Positions 35,653-48,772 of a stretch of DNA of 64,000 nt are shown here, piece by piece. The notes below the pieces were generated by a model that had not been told where the DNA came from, made no database searches, and was given only the letters and a program-made list of their open reading frames with translations. The translations under genes were made by a program, and so were the position numbers. The stretch comes from Ginglymostoma cirratum (Eukaryota): positions 8,597,535 through 8,661,534 of the forward strand of contig JAHRHZ010000079.1 in NCBI GenBank assembly GCA_024137785.1, in the 5' to 3' direction. Each line of letters begins with the position of its first letter. Position 1 is the first letter of the stretch.

Positions 35653-37499
35653 ATCACAGGTCAGGCCAGCAGTAGCGATATCTGCTCCAGCCTCTCTGTG
35701 ATCAGCCTGAGAACAGCTGGACTGACTTTAAATCAAAGAAACATAGAAATAAAATTGTGATTGTTCATGTATTTTTGAAGATGTCGAAATAGTAAACATT
35801 TTTTGCAGTCGGGATTTGATTTTAAAAAAGCTAAGATACTCCTAAGTACTCCTAAGATAGGAGCAGAACGTGTTTTTCCCTTTTATATTGTTTTAAATTG
35901 CAACAAGAAGAAAACTCACAGAACTTGGATTTGAATAAAATATTTAGTACCTGAAAGAGTTAACTGACCTTATGCAATAAATTACTTCCATCAGGATACT
36001 AAAGCATGATCTTGGGAGGTGCTTCTGGGTTTTTCTATGTATCTTTCTTCTAAAGCAAAGTCCATGTATTCGTATGTTGAGCATGATAGGCTCACAAGTG
36101 ATGATCATGTAACTCATATATATCGTCATTAGCTATGAAATACTATGAACAAAATTTTTACAGTTTGTTAAAATTGAGCCAATGTTGAAAGAGGGGTAGA
36201 TTATGCCATGCATACCAAGTAAATCTGTAATTATGATCTCCTACTGTGACCGAGCTAGTTCTCCATAGGAGTAATTTACCTCCTGTCACTCTGCCAGCAT
36301 CTTACCGTAGCCCTGCACATTCTTCCTTTCCACATATTATCAGCTTTATTAGCATGGATTAAAGATTGGTTCATGAAAACACAAGTAAATTAGTAGTTTT
36401 CAGGCTGGCAGGTTATAAGTAATGATGGCACAGGCTATCCACGAGCTCATCATCAAATGTGTGGGGAGCCCATCTCCTCAACTAAATTCTGCTCATGAGC
36501 AGGGTCTACAAACAGACGAATTTCTTTTTAGCATTTTTCTAAATTGCAAAGCATGTTTTATGTAATATTCCAGTGGGGTCACCATGGGTGGAATGTTCCC
36601 AGCCCTCGAATGATATAGGCATTGGCCAGTCAATTGGGAAATAGGGTGAGAGAAATTTGATTCTCGATGTCAAGAGGAAAAGGATCAATTCTCCAAACAA
36701 CTTGTGAACACAAGATGAGAATGCTAGAGAGCAATGAGAGGTCTGTTTGCATCCATTTTAATGCTTTAGCATATTATTTTTATCTAATCTTGCCTCCATG
36801 ATATATAGTTTCCCATTCTCCCACACACCAGGGAGAAACTAGAAGGTAACAATTTCTGACATGAAACTCAGAACAAATACTTGGCAACTCCAGCTTGTCA
36901 TTTGCTTATCTGGGCCCGCACATCAGCCAGCGATCTCCATAGTCTCAGCTTACATTCATGGTCAGCGAAAGCCCACACCCCTGTCCACGGATGCTGGAGT
37001 CAGATACGTCTGAGTCTCTTCGCATCTACACGGCACATTCCAGTTATCTTTCAATCAGGTTCAATACTTCAATGTTGCACTTTTGGAGTTCTACTATTGG
37101 AATACTGCTGCCAGGACACTCAACATGCAGTGACAAACATTCATGTCATGGATTGGACTAAGGTGCATCTTGAGACTCTCCACTTAGTCTCTTAACGCTC
37201 ACTCGCTTTCAACCTGGTTAGATGCTTAGAAAATTCTTGCCTTGCTTTTTTGCACTTTCCACCCTCAGCCAAAATTTAAAGGCTCAAAGCACTTCTATCT
37301 TGCCTATGAGCACAGACATAAAATCATTCAGCTTGTGTGGATGTCAACAGTGATCAGTCAAGGCATGAACCTGTTTCTATGCTACGTTGGGTTTACATCT
37401 GCAGTATGTGCCACAACTTACGTGGCAAACATACTGCACATGCTTCATACAAATGGCCACATCTCCAAGTCTAAGAGGAGTAGTCTACAGGCGGCTCAA

Positions 37500-38080
37500 G
37501 GGGACAGCTTTCAATCAGGGTGTCCAGTCAAAGGCTCAAATCAAGAGCTTCATTCGCTATCAGTTCAGGGGCTTCGGAATGGTCAGTCAGCTGGTTAGGT
37601 CAGGAGACATAATGTCTACCGTCTGGAGAGTGGGAAACAGTCAGTCATGCAGGTCCAATGCAATCAGTCTAGGGAGTCATCTGTAAGTCAGTTCGGAAGC
37701 TACATAACAGATCAGCCAGGGCTATCCATCAAGGATAGTAAGAGGTGCGGGCCACAGTAATCTCTGGAGGTCAGCTCAATGAAAGTCAAGGGGTGGTTTA
37801 TCAGGGGGCCACTACTGTGGTAGGGAAGTTGGGGAACAAATGCAGTTCTGTGGATTGCAGGTGGAAAACAGGGATTCAGAGGGGACAATAATTGTGAAGG
37901 TGGGCAACTCAACATAAAAGTGGGGGAGATGACAATAGTGCATTGGCTTACTGCGAGAGTGCAAGTCATTGATGGTCACAATGACCTTGGCTTCGATGGG
38001 GGAGGACAGTGCAGCATTACAGTTGTCATGATTATGCTGTAGGCTAAACTGGGCATTGGGGAATAGTAGCACTCATCTCA
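37500..38080 (-). mobile_element. Possible highly decayed Harbinger transposase remnant
   Basis: AALSSPIEAKVIVTINDL resembles ALPVAVKVTxALNF; weak. Confidence 0.3.
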
Positions 38081-38834
38081 ACTATGTTCTGAAGTTTGAG
38101 GCTACAGACAGATAACATGTGCAGTTTAGTTCTTAAATAGCAATATATTTATGAATGTGCATTCATGTTTGCAATGAATTTTCAGCCATACCATTGCTGT
38201 GCCCTGAGAAATGTTTGCTTTTGGTACACAGTGAATAGCAACTCCTAGCTGGCAACTCGCAACTTGATGTACAGCTGAGCTTTAAAAATGGCACGAGAAA
38301 TGGGAATTCTGGGAGGTTAGGGCAACAGTGAGTACTTCTACCTCTATTCAGAAGAAAAGTAAGGCGAGAGCATCCCACCAACGTTTGGTGCCTAGCCAGT
38401 GAGGCAAGTTTTGGAAAATAGTACAGCAAATTTTGCTGGATATTACACTTCTATTCCATTATCTAAAACAAATGCTTCTATTTATCTGATGCACTACACT
38501 TGGGTTCCTTAACATACAGAGAGGAACCCTCCATGAAACTTGACACCAAGCTGATTCCTGGCGTGCAGGGTACCTTTAATAGATATGTTCCTGATTGCAT
38601 CACTGTAAAGTAGCACATGACCTGAAGGTATAAAGGTCTCAGACTCCATTTTAATTGAGGCTAATTTAAGCATGATATTCTGATTAAAACTATAACTTAA
38701 AACCATAAAATATAATATTAGCCCAAACAATGAAATGCCTATGATTGTAATATTTGTATATATCAAGAGTTACAAAAAGCATCTGTTGAATCTTCACCCA
38801 TATCTAGTTCTTCTGTAATGGGAACTAACCATTA

Positions 38835-39120
38835 GACAATAAAATCTAGAAGCAAAAGTAGACCATTCAGCCCATCAAGTCTGCTGTGCCATTCGTTGAG
38901 GCTATGACAGACCTGATAACCCTTACCTCTACGTTCCTGCCTTTTCCACAAACCCGTGATTCCTTTGTGTCTGTCTCAACCTTGAATATACTTAATGACC
39001 TGACCACTACAGTTCTCTATGGTAACGAATTCCACCAATTGTCTAACCTCCAAGAGAAGAAATTTTTCTTCATCTCTGTTTTATATTAGCCCTCTGGTTC
39101 TCAACTACCCCACAAAGAGA
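38835..39120 (-). mobile_element. CR1 3' fragment
   Basis: gaagcaaaagtagaccattcagcccatcaagtctgct...gagaagaaatttttcttcatctctgtttta is the reverse complement of a CR1 3' end. Confidence 0.75.
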
Positions 39121-39757
39121 AGCATCAACAACATAAGCATTGCCCCACCATGTACAAATACCCTTCCTGAATCACAGCCCACTCCAGAGTGGCAGTTCAC
39201 TTCACTGCTTCCAAAGTGAGAAAAACAACTTTTTTTAAGTGTAACTCCGATTTACAAATGCAAGCTGCAGATCAGCACATTCTCACAGCCAAAGTTTTTA
39301 CTCTGTTTTAAGATTCAGTATGATTTGGGTTAATGATCTTTTGATTTATTTATAGTTTGACAAACAATTTTGTCTTTTTAAATGTAAGATTTTATTGTTT
39401 GCAAAAGAAATAGCAGGACAGTGTACATAGAGTAATAGACAAAGTCATCTAAACAAAACATTTAAGGTCCCTTTTGAAGTAAAAGTGGATGCACCTTTTA
39501 AAGAAAGGCCCTCACATTTCTTTCAAATCTATATGAACACAAATTGTGTTCAGTGTATTCTTGTTTTATAAACAAATCTTTCTCTAGATCTTGCAGATTT
39601 CCTTCAAAAAAGGGACAATGACAACACTGTGTGTATATTCTTAAAAGTTGGAACCAAATTAGAGTTAATACATGTTGTGGACTGTTGTGTTGAGTAACTG
39701 AGTGGGTATCCTGTTTAATCTACACTAACTAATATAACCCATTTAAGTTTCTATTAT

Positions 39758-40290
39758 AGTTTCTGGTTGCCACATTACCAAAAGGACGTGGATGCTTTGG
39801 AGAGGGTGCAGAGGAGGTCACCAGGATGTTGCCTGGTATGGAGGGCGCTAGCTATGAAGAAAGGTTGAGTAGACTAGGATTATTTTCATTAGAAAGACGG
39901 AGATTGAGGTGGGACCTGATTGAAGTCGACAAAATCACGAGGGGTATAGACAAGGTGGATAGCAAGAAGCTTTTTCCCAGAGTGGGGGACTCAATTAGTA
40001 GGGGTCATGAGTTCAAAGTGACAGGAGGAAAGTTTACGGGAGATATGCGTGGAAAGTTCTTTACGCAGAGGGTGGTGGGTGCCTGGAACACGTTGCCAGC
40101 GGAGGTGGTAGACGCAGACACGTTAGTGTCTTTTAAGATGTATCTGGACAGGTACATGGATGGACAGGGAGCAAAGGGATACAGACCCTTAGAAAATAGA
40201 TGACAGGTTTAGACAGAGGATCTCGATCGGCGCGGGCTTGGAGGGCCGAAGGGCCTGTTCCTGTGCTGTAATTTTCTTTGTTCTTTGTTC
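39758..40290 (+). mobile_element. Relatively young 5'-truncated CR1
   Basis: Open ORF2 C-terminus MLPGMEGASYEERLSRLGLFSLERRRLR...FFTQRVVGAWNTLP, retained CpGs, (ttctttg)n tail and a short attat duplication at the flanks. Confidence 0.95.
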
Positions 40291-41009
40291 ATTATTTTGT
40301 GATAATGCAAATTTTTGATGAAATCTGCATAATTAGCAAGGAATTACATATGTTAAGGCACCCAAATGTAGCGTATCATATTATTGGAAGCGTTTCTTTT
40401 AGGTAATGCAGTAGAAATGTAATACTATTGAGGAGTTCCCTATGAGATGAGTTGATTTTATGTGAATGTTTCAAAACCACCATTGCTGCATATTTTTGTG
40501 AGAGTTACCTGCTGCATTCTTTAGTTTATTCCATGAACCTTATTAATTATGAGAAAGTAAACAGTCATTATACTGGCCATTTGAAAAGATTCATTATAAA
40601 TTCACTGAATATAGACCATTTCCACATAGTTACAGAATGTGAAAGGAATTCTTCCTTCAGTATATTATCTAAAAGACCGATACATTATCATTTTGAAGTT
40701 ACATCTTGAAACAGCTTTGCCATCTGCTCGAGGCTAACTTTCCATGCTTGGCCAACCTGTGAATAATGATGATGCATTCTAAATGAAAAGGAAGAGTTTG
40801 CATGACCCACATGACTGACAACATTATGCAGTATGACTAAATAATAGCTAGATACATTTTCATATTCAAAGTTACTCCTCAAAGCCATTGAGCAAATTAT
40901 AAATCTGCTGACCTTGGGTGGGAGAAAATTTGATTGAAGCAGTTGTCGAGAAAAGCAATGAAAAATAACAAGGTAAGCTCAAGTATCCAAGATAATTTTT
41001 TTTCAAATA

Positions 41010-43102
41010 AAGACAGTTGGAGGCCTTTAAAAGTGTGGCAGCTAAAGTTCAAGGTCTATATGTTCCTGTGGGGTTGAAGGGCAAGGCAGGATGACAAGAA
41101 AAATAAATGCTTTTACCAGAAAAAAAAGAGGCATGGCTCTGGAACAGGCAGCTTGGATCAAGGGAATCCCTGGAGGTATACAGGGGATACAAGATGTTTA
41201 CTGAAGAAGGAAGTCAGGGGGTTGAAGAGGGGGCATGAGATACCTTTGGCTGAGAAGATTAGGGTGAACCCAAAGAGATTCTGTAAGTGTACTAAAGGAA
41301 AAAAAGAATAACTAGAGAGAGAAAGGTCCCCTCAAACACCAAAGTGGACATGTATGTGTGGAATCACAGGAGATGGGCAAGGTCCTCAATGAATATTTCT
41401 CCTCAGTGTTTACAGTGGAGAATGACATGAAGACTTGGGAACTTGGGGAAGTTAGTGGTGATATCTTGGGGACAGTCTACATTACAGTAGAGGAGGTGTT
41501 GGAAGTATTAGAATGTATGAACTTGGATAAATCTCCTGGTCCTGATCAAATATATTCAAGAACTCTACAAAAGGCTGGAGAAGAAATTGCAGGGGCCATG
41601 GCTGATATATTTGCATCGTCATTAGCCACGGACAAAACCCCAGAAGACTGGAGGGAGCAAATAATAAGTACTTATTCAAGAAGGGTTACAAAGAAAAACT
41701 AGGAAGAAAAACAAATAGACCAGTAAGCTTAACATCGGTGGTAGGTATGTTACTTGAGAAGATTCTGAGGGATAAGATATACATACATTTGGAAAGACAG
41801 GGTTTGATTAGGAGATGTCAGCATGGCTTTGTGCGTGGGAATTCATGCCTCACAAATTTGTTAGAGTTTTTTGATGAAGTGACCAGGAAGGTTGATAAGG
41901 GGAGGGCAGTAGATGTAGTCTATATGGATTTCAGTGAGGCCTTTGATAAGGTTCCATGTGGAAGGCTGCTCTGAAAGATAAGATTACATGGAATCCAGAG
42001 CAAGTTGGCAAATTGGATGCACATTTGGCTTGATGGTAGGAAGCAGATAGTAATAATGGAAGGATGCTTGTCGGACGTAGCCTGTGACTAGTGATGTGTC
42101 TTAAGGGTCGGTACCGGAGGTATTGCTGTTTGTTATCTATATTGATGATTTGGTTTGAGAATATACACGGCATGGTTAGTAAATTTTCATGGATGACACT
42201 CAAATAGGTGGTATCGTGGATAATGAGGAAGGTTATCAGAAATTGCAGCAGGATCTTGATCAGTTGGGGCAGTGGGCCGAGAAATGGCAAATGGAGTTAA
42301 TATAGATAAGTGTGAGATGTTGCACTTTAGAAAGTCAGATCAAGGTCGGAGTTTCACGGTGAATGATAGGGCCTTAAGGAATGTAGTGGAGCAGAGAGAC
42401 CTTGGAGTTTAGGTGCACAGTTCTCTGAAAGTGGAGTCACAGGTAGGAAGGGCAGTGAAGAAGGTTTTTGGCACACTGGCCTTCATCAGTCAGGGCATTG
42501 AGTATAAAAGTTGGGAAGTTATGTTGCAGTTGTACAGGATGTTGGTGAGGCCACACTTGGAATATTGTGTTCAGTTTTGGCCACCTTGCTATATGAAGGA
42601 TGCTATTAAACTGGAAAGAGTGCAGAAAAAATTTACAAGGATATTGCCAGAACTCAGGGAACTGAGTTGTAGGAAGAGGTTGGACAAGCTAGGACATTTT
42701 TCTTTAGAGTGAAGGAGAATGAAGGGGAATCTTATAGAAGTATATAAGATCATGAGAGACATGGTTAGGGTGAATGCATTCATTCTTTTTCCCAGGGTTG
42801 GGGAATCGAGGACGAGAGGGCATCAATTTAAGGTAAGAGGGGAAAGAATACATGGGAACCTGAAGGGCAACTTTTTTCCATAGAGGGTGGTTTGCATATG
42901 GAATGAGCTGCCAGCATAAGTGGTTGAGGTGGATACATTAACAACATTTAAAAGACATTTGGACGAATACATGGATAGGAAAGATTTAGAAGGGTATGGG
43001 CCAAATGCAGGGAAATGGGGTTAGCATGATGAACGTTTTGGTTGGCATGGACCAGTTTGGGCTGAAGAGCCTGCCTCCATGCTATAAGACTCTATGACTC
43101 CA
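41010..43102 (+). mobile_element. 5'-truncated CR1 LINE (RT to 3' UTR)
   Basis: LNEYFSSVFT, DKSPGPDQI, QHGFVRGNSCLTNLLEFF, VYMDFSEAFDKVP, LVRPHLEYCVQFW; tail gactctatgactc. Confidence 0.95.
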
Positions 43103-43814
43103 TATTTGCATTTGGCTTGAACTATATTGTTGTCCAGATGTTCAGATACAATGCAGTGACACTTACAAAGATGCTTGGTAATTGTAATTTTTCATAGTTG
43201 AATGATACATTTTCATTTATGCACAGATTTACCCAACCTGTTGTGAATTGTCTTTAGGGTTCACAATATTAAGGATCTGTTGAAGAAATGTTTTAACAGG
43301 GCTATCAAATCTTCATTTTTAATGCTTGCAAATGCACATTGTTTGAACTCATAATGAACTACTTCCAGATGTCTGCATTGCTCATCCAATCAAAATTAAT
43401 TTAAACCAACAAACTGCATGGTCTGCTAGTGTCAATTGTCTGCTAGTGTCCAAACTCCAGAATGCCAGAAAATATGTGCAAGGCAGTACATCCAAAACAA
43501 GATTACGATTGGCAAATTGTCATTTGACAATATCTCAGAAAAATAAGAGTTGTTGAAATGAAAACTCAAAACCTGTATTTAAACCCTTGTGATCCACCAG
43601 AAGTTGAGCTTTACAGTATGAATTCTGGCACAAGTAGAATTCTTTTACAAACAATGATATATCCTCAAAAATGTCTCTGATAAATGCAAAAGTTTCAATT
43701 TAAGTATTAACCATTACTTGCTGAACTGAAATTATGGGAGAGTCTAAGACATGGGTGAAAGAAAGTGAATGTGATAATTTAACAGGACATGGTCTAATGA
43801 GTTCAAAAGGGACA

Positions 43815-44960
43815 TACAAATATACAAACATACAAATTCGCAGCAGCATTTGGTAATTCAGCCACTTGAGCCTGCTCCACCATTCATTGAGACTAGTGTT
43901 GATTTGACTGTGACTTCAAATCTTCATTCACACTGATAACATTTCACTGCCCTGCTTAACAGTAATTTATCCAACTCCGCCTTAAAAAAATATTTTGCTG
44001 CCACCACCTTTTCAGGAAGAGTGTTGCAAAGACTCATGACCTTGTGAGAGAAAAAAAAAATCTTGCCTCATCGCTGTTCTAGATTCTCCCATTGGAGGTA
44101 ACGTCTTCTTCATAACTATGCTGACAACTCATCCCAGGATCTTATATCTTTTACTCAAGTTGTGTCCTTTTCTTCTAAACTGCAGCAGAGAGCAAACCCA
44201 AGGTTCTAATCTTTCCTCAAAAGACAACTGCCATCCCTTTCAGCATCCAGTCTCCCCATATTCTGATATATTCTAGTAAATCTTCTCTGAATTATCACCA
44301 TTGTATTTACATCTTTCCTGAAATAAGGTGACCAACTCTGTGCACAGTACTCCAGTTGTAGTTTCAAAAGTGCCCTGTCTAACTGAAGCATAACCTTCCT
44401 CCCTTTGTTTTAAATTGTCCTTGTGATAATTGTTAACATTCTAGTAACTTTCCCAATTATTTGCATACTATCTATCCTCATGAGATCAGGAAATTTGGCA
44501 ACTGTTACCTTCCATCCTTTCATCTATGTCATTTATATCAATTGCAAACAGTTGAGGTAGTGGCACCAATCCATGTGAAATATCATTGTTACATGTTGAC
44601 AAACTGAAAAAGACCTATTTACACCTACTCTCTGCTTGCAGTTAGCTAGGCAATCTTCTATCCATGCCAATATGTTATCCCTACACCATGAAGTTTATTT
44701 TCCACAATAACCTATGATGTGACACCTTATTAAATGCCTTCTGGAAATCCAAGTGCATCCACCAGTCCCCCTTAATCTACGTGACATGTTACGTCAAAGA
44801 TTAGTCAAATACAATTTCCTTTTCACAAAAGCATGTTGACTTTTCCTGATTACCTTGAACTTCTAGTGATCTGCTATAACTCCTTTAATAACAGCCTCCA
44901 ACATTTTTCTTCTACCAATGTTAAGCTAACTGGTTTGTAGTTTCCTGCTTTCTTTCCTAC
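43815..44960 (-). mobile_element. Old CR1 LINE fragment
   Basis: MLQLDRALLKLQLEYCAQSWSPYFRKDV..IQRRFTR; minus-strand LDFQKAFNKV region near 44720-44755; 3' tail near 43820. Confidence 0.85.
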
Positions 44961-45264
44961 AATGTCTAACTACTTTGCTCTAGTAGATCAATTTGGTCAA
45001 TGGCTATGCATTTTCCACCAAGTCTTCAGGAGGATTTTGGGTGTCTTCCATACAACAAACCTATTTACGAGGCACCCAGACATTCAACATGGAAACTTAT
45101 GAGATTAGAAAGAAACAAGAAGGCAGAACAAATGGCAGTGGAGTAAGTGCATAAAATATTGTGATGTGTAATAATTAGTTCTAGTTAAAATGAGTTCCAT
45201 TTATTCTACTAATTATAACTATAATGTTGTGTTTGGTCCTAATAATTCTGAACACACACAACAT

Positions 45265-45665
45265 TCAAACATACAAAATAGGAGCAGTATTCCATTTGAC
45301 CTATCAAGCCTGCTCTGCTATTCAATAAAATTGTGGCGAATCTATTGGTGTTTTGAATTTCAGATTCCCATCTACCCCCAATAAACCTTGATTTCCCTGC
45401 TTGACAAAAATCTATCCACCTGCATCTTACAATGATGCCACACCCACTGCCGCCAGAGGCAGAATTCCAAAGTTGCTCAACACTCTGTGTGAAAACAAAT
45501 TTTCCTCATCTCTGTGCTCAAAGGGCAACTCCTAATTTTAAAACATTTGTCCCCTATTTCTGGATTTACCCACAAATGGAAATGTTCCATCCACGTCCAC
45601 CTTGTCAAGACTATTCAGGATCTTACATAATTCAATCAGGTCACTACTCACTCTTCTAAACTCAG
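45265..45665 (-). mobile_element. CR1 3' fragment
   Basis: aaataggagcag...agaattccaaagttgctcaacactctgtgtgaaaacaaattttcctcatctctg is the reverse complement of a CR1 3' end. Confidence 0.7.
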
Positions 45666-46539
45666 CCTTTTGCTTCTGGAGTGTTGTGTTCAATTTGAAT
45701 ATTTTTCATGGAAGGACTGTCGTCCTAATCCCTGAATTTCAAAAGCTGAATTAGAACAAAACCTTGACTGTCTTGGGCCTTTGGTTTCCATAAGAGAGAA
45801 GGACAAGGAAGGAAATGTCAATGTTCTTTAAGGTCTTTATTAATTTGGAGAACTTGAATACAAAAGGTCATTAATGGGCATTGGACTCACCAATAATGGG
45901 TCACACCATTTACTGCTGCATCATGGTAAAGAAAACCAATGGATGGAAGAGTTGGCTGGATAGATCAAATGCCTTCACCTGCCTCAAACATTGTTATGTT
46001 ACTGTGATAATGTGTTAAGTGTTAACACCCATCCAGTGTCAATTTTTCCAAACTCTTAGCAGCCTAAAGAGTCAAAAAATTAAACTCCTCCTTGTTAATA
46101 TATTTATATGCATGTGTGTTCAGTCACATAATATAAAATTAGTGACATTTGTATAGTTTCAAAGGCAAAATACTGCCAACCAATCAGTGCTCTCCTCTCA
46201 TACAGTACACACGTTGTTTTCACTTTCTTTTAACATTTCTTGCAAATTATCCTGCTTTTGAAGGGTAAATAATTCTGTAGAGCTATCAAGCTATTGAAAT
46301 AGTCAACCCTCTAAAAATGGAGGAAAGAAGCATGCCAGGGTGTCTGTGAGAGTCAAAAGAATACTGTTCTGGCAATTTCAGTACCATTTTTTTGACATAA
46401 TTCTATGACTATCATTAGAACATAATTAATACTTGGCTGTTTTCCCACACATAACCATTATTATCGAGGGAAGGGGAAAGTGCTGGGTGGTTTGAAAGCT
46501 CACAGCTTGATTGAAAGCTCACTGAGATCATTAAAAGAT

Positions 46540-46670
46540 TAAAAGCAAAATACTGCAGATGCTAGAGGTCTGAAATACAAACAAAGTGCTGAAAAACTCA
46601 GCAGATCTGGCTGCGTCTGTGGAGAGGGGAACAGAGTTAACATTTTGAGTCCAATCTGATTCCTCTTCTT
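46540..46670 (-). mobile_element. Penelope-derived terminal repeat fragment (family C-like)
   Basis: aaaatactgcagatgctagagg...aaactcagcagatctggctgcgtctgtggagagggaacagagttaacattttgagtcca. Confidence 0.75.
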
Positions 46671-47964
46671 CTGAGTTGGCACCATGTTGGAATTGAGTTA
46701 TAGGATAGGTGGAGCATGAACTGTTATGGAAGGTTCAGGGGCATGAGGGGTTTGGGTAAGTGATATGTATTGGCATGGAGGTCATGAGAGGCCATTAGTG
46801 GATGCGGACTATGAGTTAGTGTGAGATAGCATGTATGGGCATGGTGTATGGTTAAGGATTGCGAGGGAAGAGTGTTACAGGGAGAATGGACTTTTAAATA
46901 GTACACGCTAGTCCTCAGCAGTCAAAATGTCCACCTGCATGCAGATGTGGTGGATCTGATTCCATCCTTCTCACGTGTGCAACACCCGCACCCCTTTCCC
47001 TGCTACCCCCAGCCATCCCCCCCAATCCTCCACCCAATATCATCACTCAGAGTTACTTTCCCAAAGAGGGTGTGAAAGCTGGAAAATTTCCCAACTCTCA
47101 TTACATGACTTGGGAAGAATACCCAGGCTAGGGTATCTGGGATATATGAAAATGTAGCTACCATGAATATAGCAGACAGCCATGATGACTGAGGGACACA
47201 TTGGTTGACATATTTGAGAAATTGTGAAAAATATCCATCCGCGTTACATGGGATTGCCATTTCCATTGTCAAGTGTCTTGTATGACCAGTATGCGCTGAG
47301 ACTCCTGAGGGGTACATGAGGCTTACTATTTCCAGTGCTGCCTCCTCCAGATAGTATCAGGTTGATTGGCCCAACCACAGCAGCATCATTCAACACATCT
47401 TGCAAGTTTTGTGAGCCTTTCCAAAAGGTTGAGATGGCAATGATGTTTGAATTGTCTATCCTCCTTCACCTAGTCCAGGAGGACAGGACCATAAACTGTG
47501 GTGGTCCTCAGTGATGCCCTCTTGTCAATTCTTCTCCTGAGTAAGGATGTCTGATTTCTCGATGATTCTACTGACCACATGCTCTGACAGCCTAAAGGAG
47601 ACTGTATGACCATTCGATCTCCTCAACTCATGGGAATGCTACTGCCTACAGAGTTAAGGACTCTGTCACCTGGGAGTTAACCTGTCACCTGGGAACCACT
47701 CATCATTATCAAGTCATTCATGACATTGGACACATATTCTCCAGACCACTTTTCTTCTCCTGACCTCTCTAGTCAAACATATTCTTTGGAGTTTCTGAGC
47801 AGATTTTATCCGCCTGACACAAGGAACAATAACTCTTGCCTCTCGTAAACTGAATTGGTTAACACATCAAGAAAGGCATTAGACAACCTTGGAGCTTCCC
47901 ATTGATGCCTGTCCATGCCACTGCTGGGCCTCTGCAAACTCATCTGTGCCATTTTCTTGTTGGA

Positions 47965-48320
47965 TAGTAAATGGTAATATCAACTGGCAAGTTACTTCAC
48001 TAGTAATCCAGAAACCCAGACTAATATTCTGGGGATATAATTTTGAACTTTTCCATGGCAGATGATGAAATTTGAATTCAGTATCAATGTGGAATAAAAA
48101 AAGTTAGCCTCATGATAACTATGAAACCACGAATGATTGTCATAGAACCCATCTGGTTGACGATATCCTCTAGGGAAGGAGATCTGCTATACTTGCCTAG
48201 TCTGAGCTACAGCTGACTGCAGACCCACAACAATGTTGTTGATTCTTAACTCCCCTCTGGGCAATTAGGGATGGGCAGTAAATGTTGTCCTAGTGAGCAA
48301 TGCCCACATCCTATGAGGAA
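47965..48320 (+). mobile_element. tRNA-derived SINE with MER131-like tail
   Basis: Aligns with the reverse complement of 56197-56539; ends gggcaattagggatgggcagtaaatgttgtcctagtgagcaatgcccacatcc. Confidence 0.8.
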
Positions 48321-48427
48321 TTAAGCAAGAATAAACCACCTGGCAGTTGCTTACCTTTTCGAAAGGCCATTGATGACTGGATGCCACCTTTCACTTTGCG
48401 ATGCTCCATGTTCATTCATGGAATCCA

Positions 48428-48772
48428 TTCATTGAATCCTTACAGTGTGGAAACAGGGCATTCAGCCCAACAAGTCCAAACCATCTCTTCAAAGAACATC
48501 CCACCCAGACTCATCCCCCTGCCCTAACCCTGTAACCCTGCATTTCCCACAGGTAATCCATCTAACCTACACATCCCTGGATACTATGGACAATTCAGCA
48601 TGACCAATCCAACTAGCCTGCACATCTTTGGGCCATGGGAGAAAACCAGAGTACCAGAAAGAAGCTCACGCAGACACAGGGAGAATGTGCAAACCCGACG
48701 AGGCTGGAATTGAACCCAGGTCCCTGGCACTGTGAGGTAGCAGTGCTAACTACTGAGTCACTGTGCGCTCCC
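48428..48772 (-). mobile_element. HE1-type SINE
   Basis: Same family as 7698-8014 and 52214-52539. Confidence 0.88.

Noticed and set aside
39630-39670. FLKVGTKLEL resembling an immunoglobulin J segment
   Set aside because: Lacks the FGxG motif, a proper RSS and a splice donor at the expected position.
43421-43451. Small tandem duplications (gtctgctagtgtc x2; also ~35831-35858 and ~47664-47694)
   Set aside because: Ordinary slippage or repair micro-duplications with no further structure.
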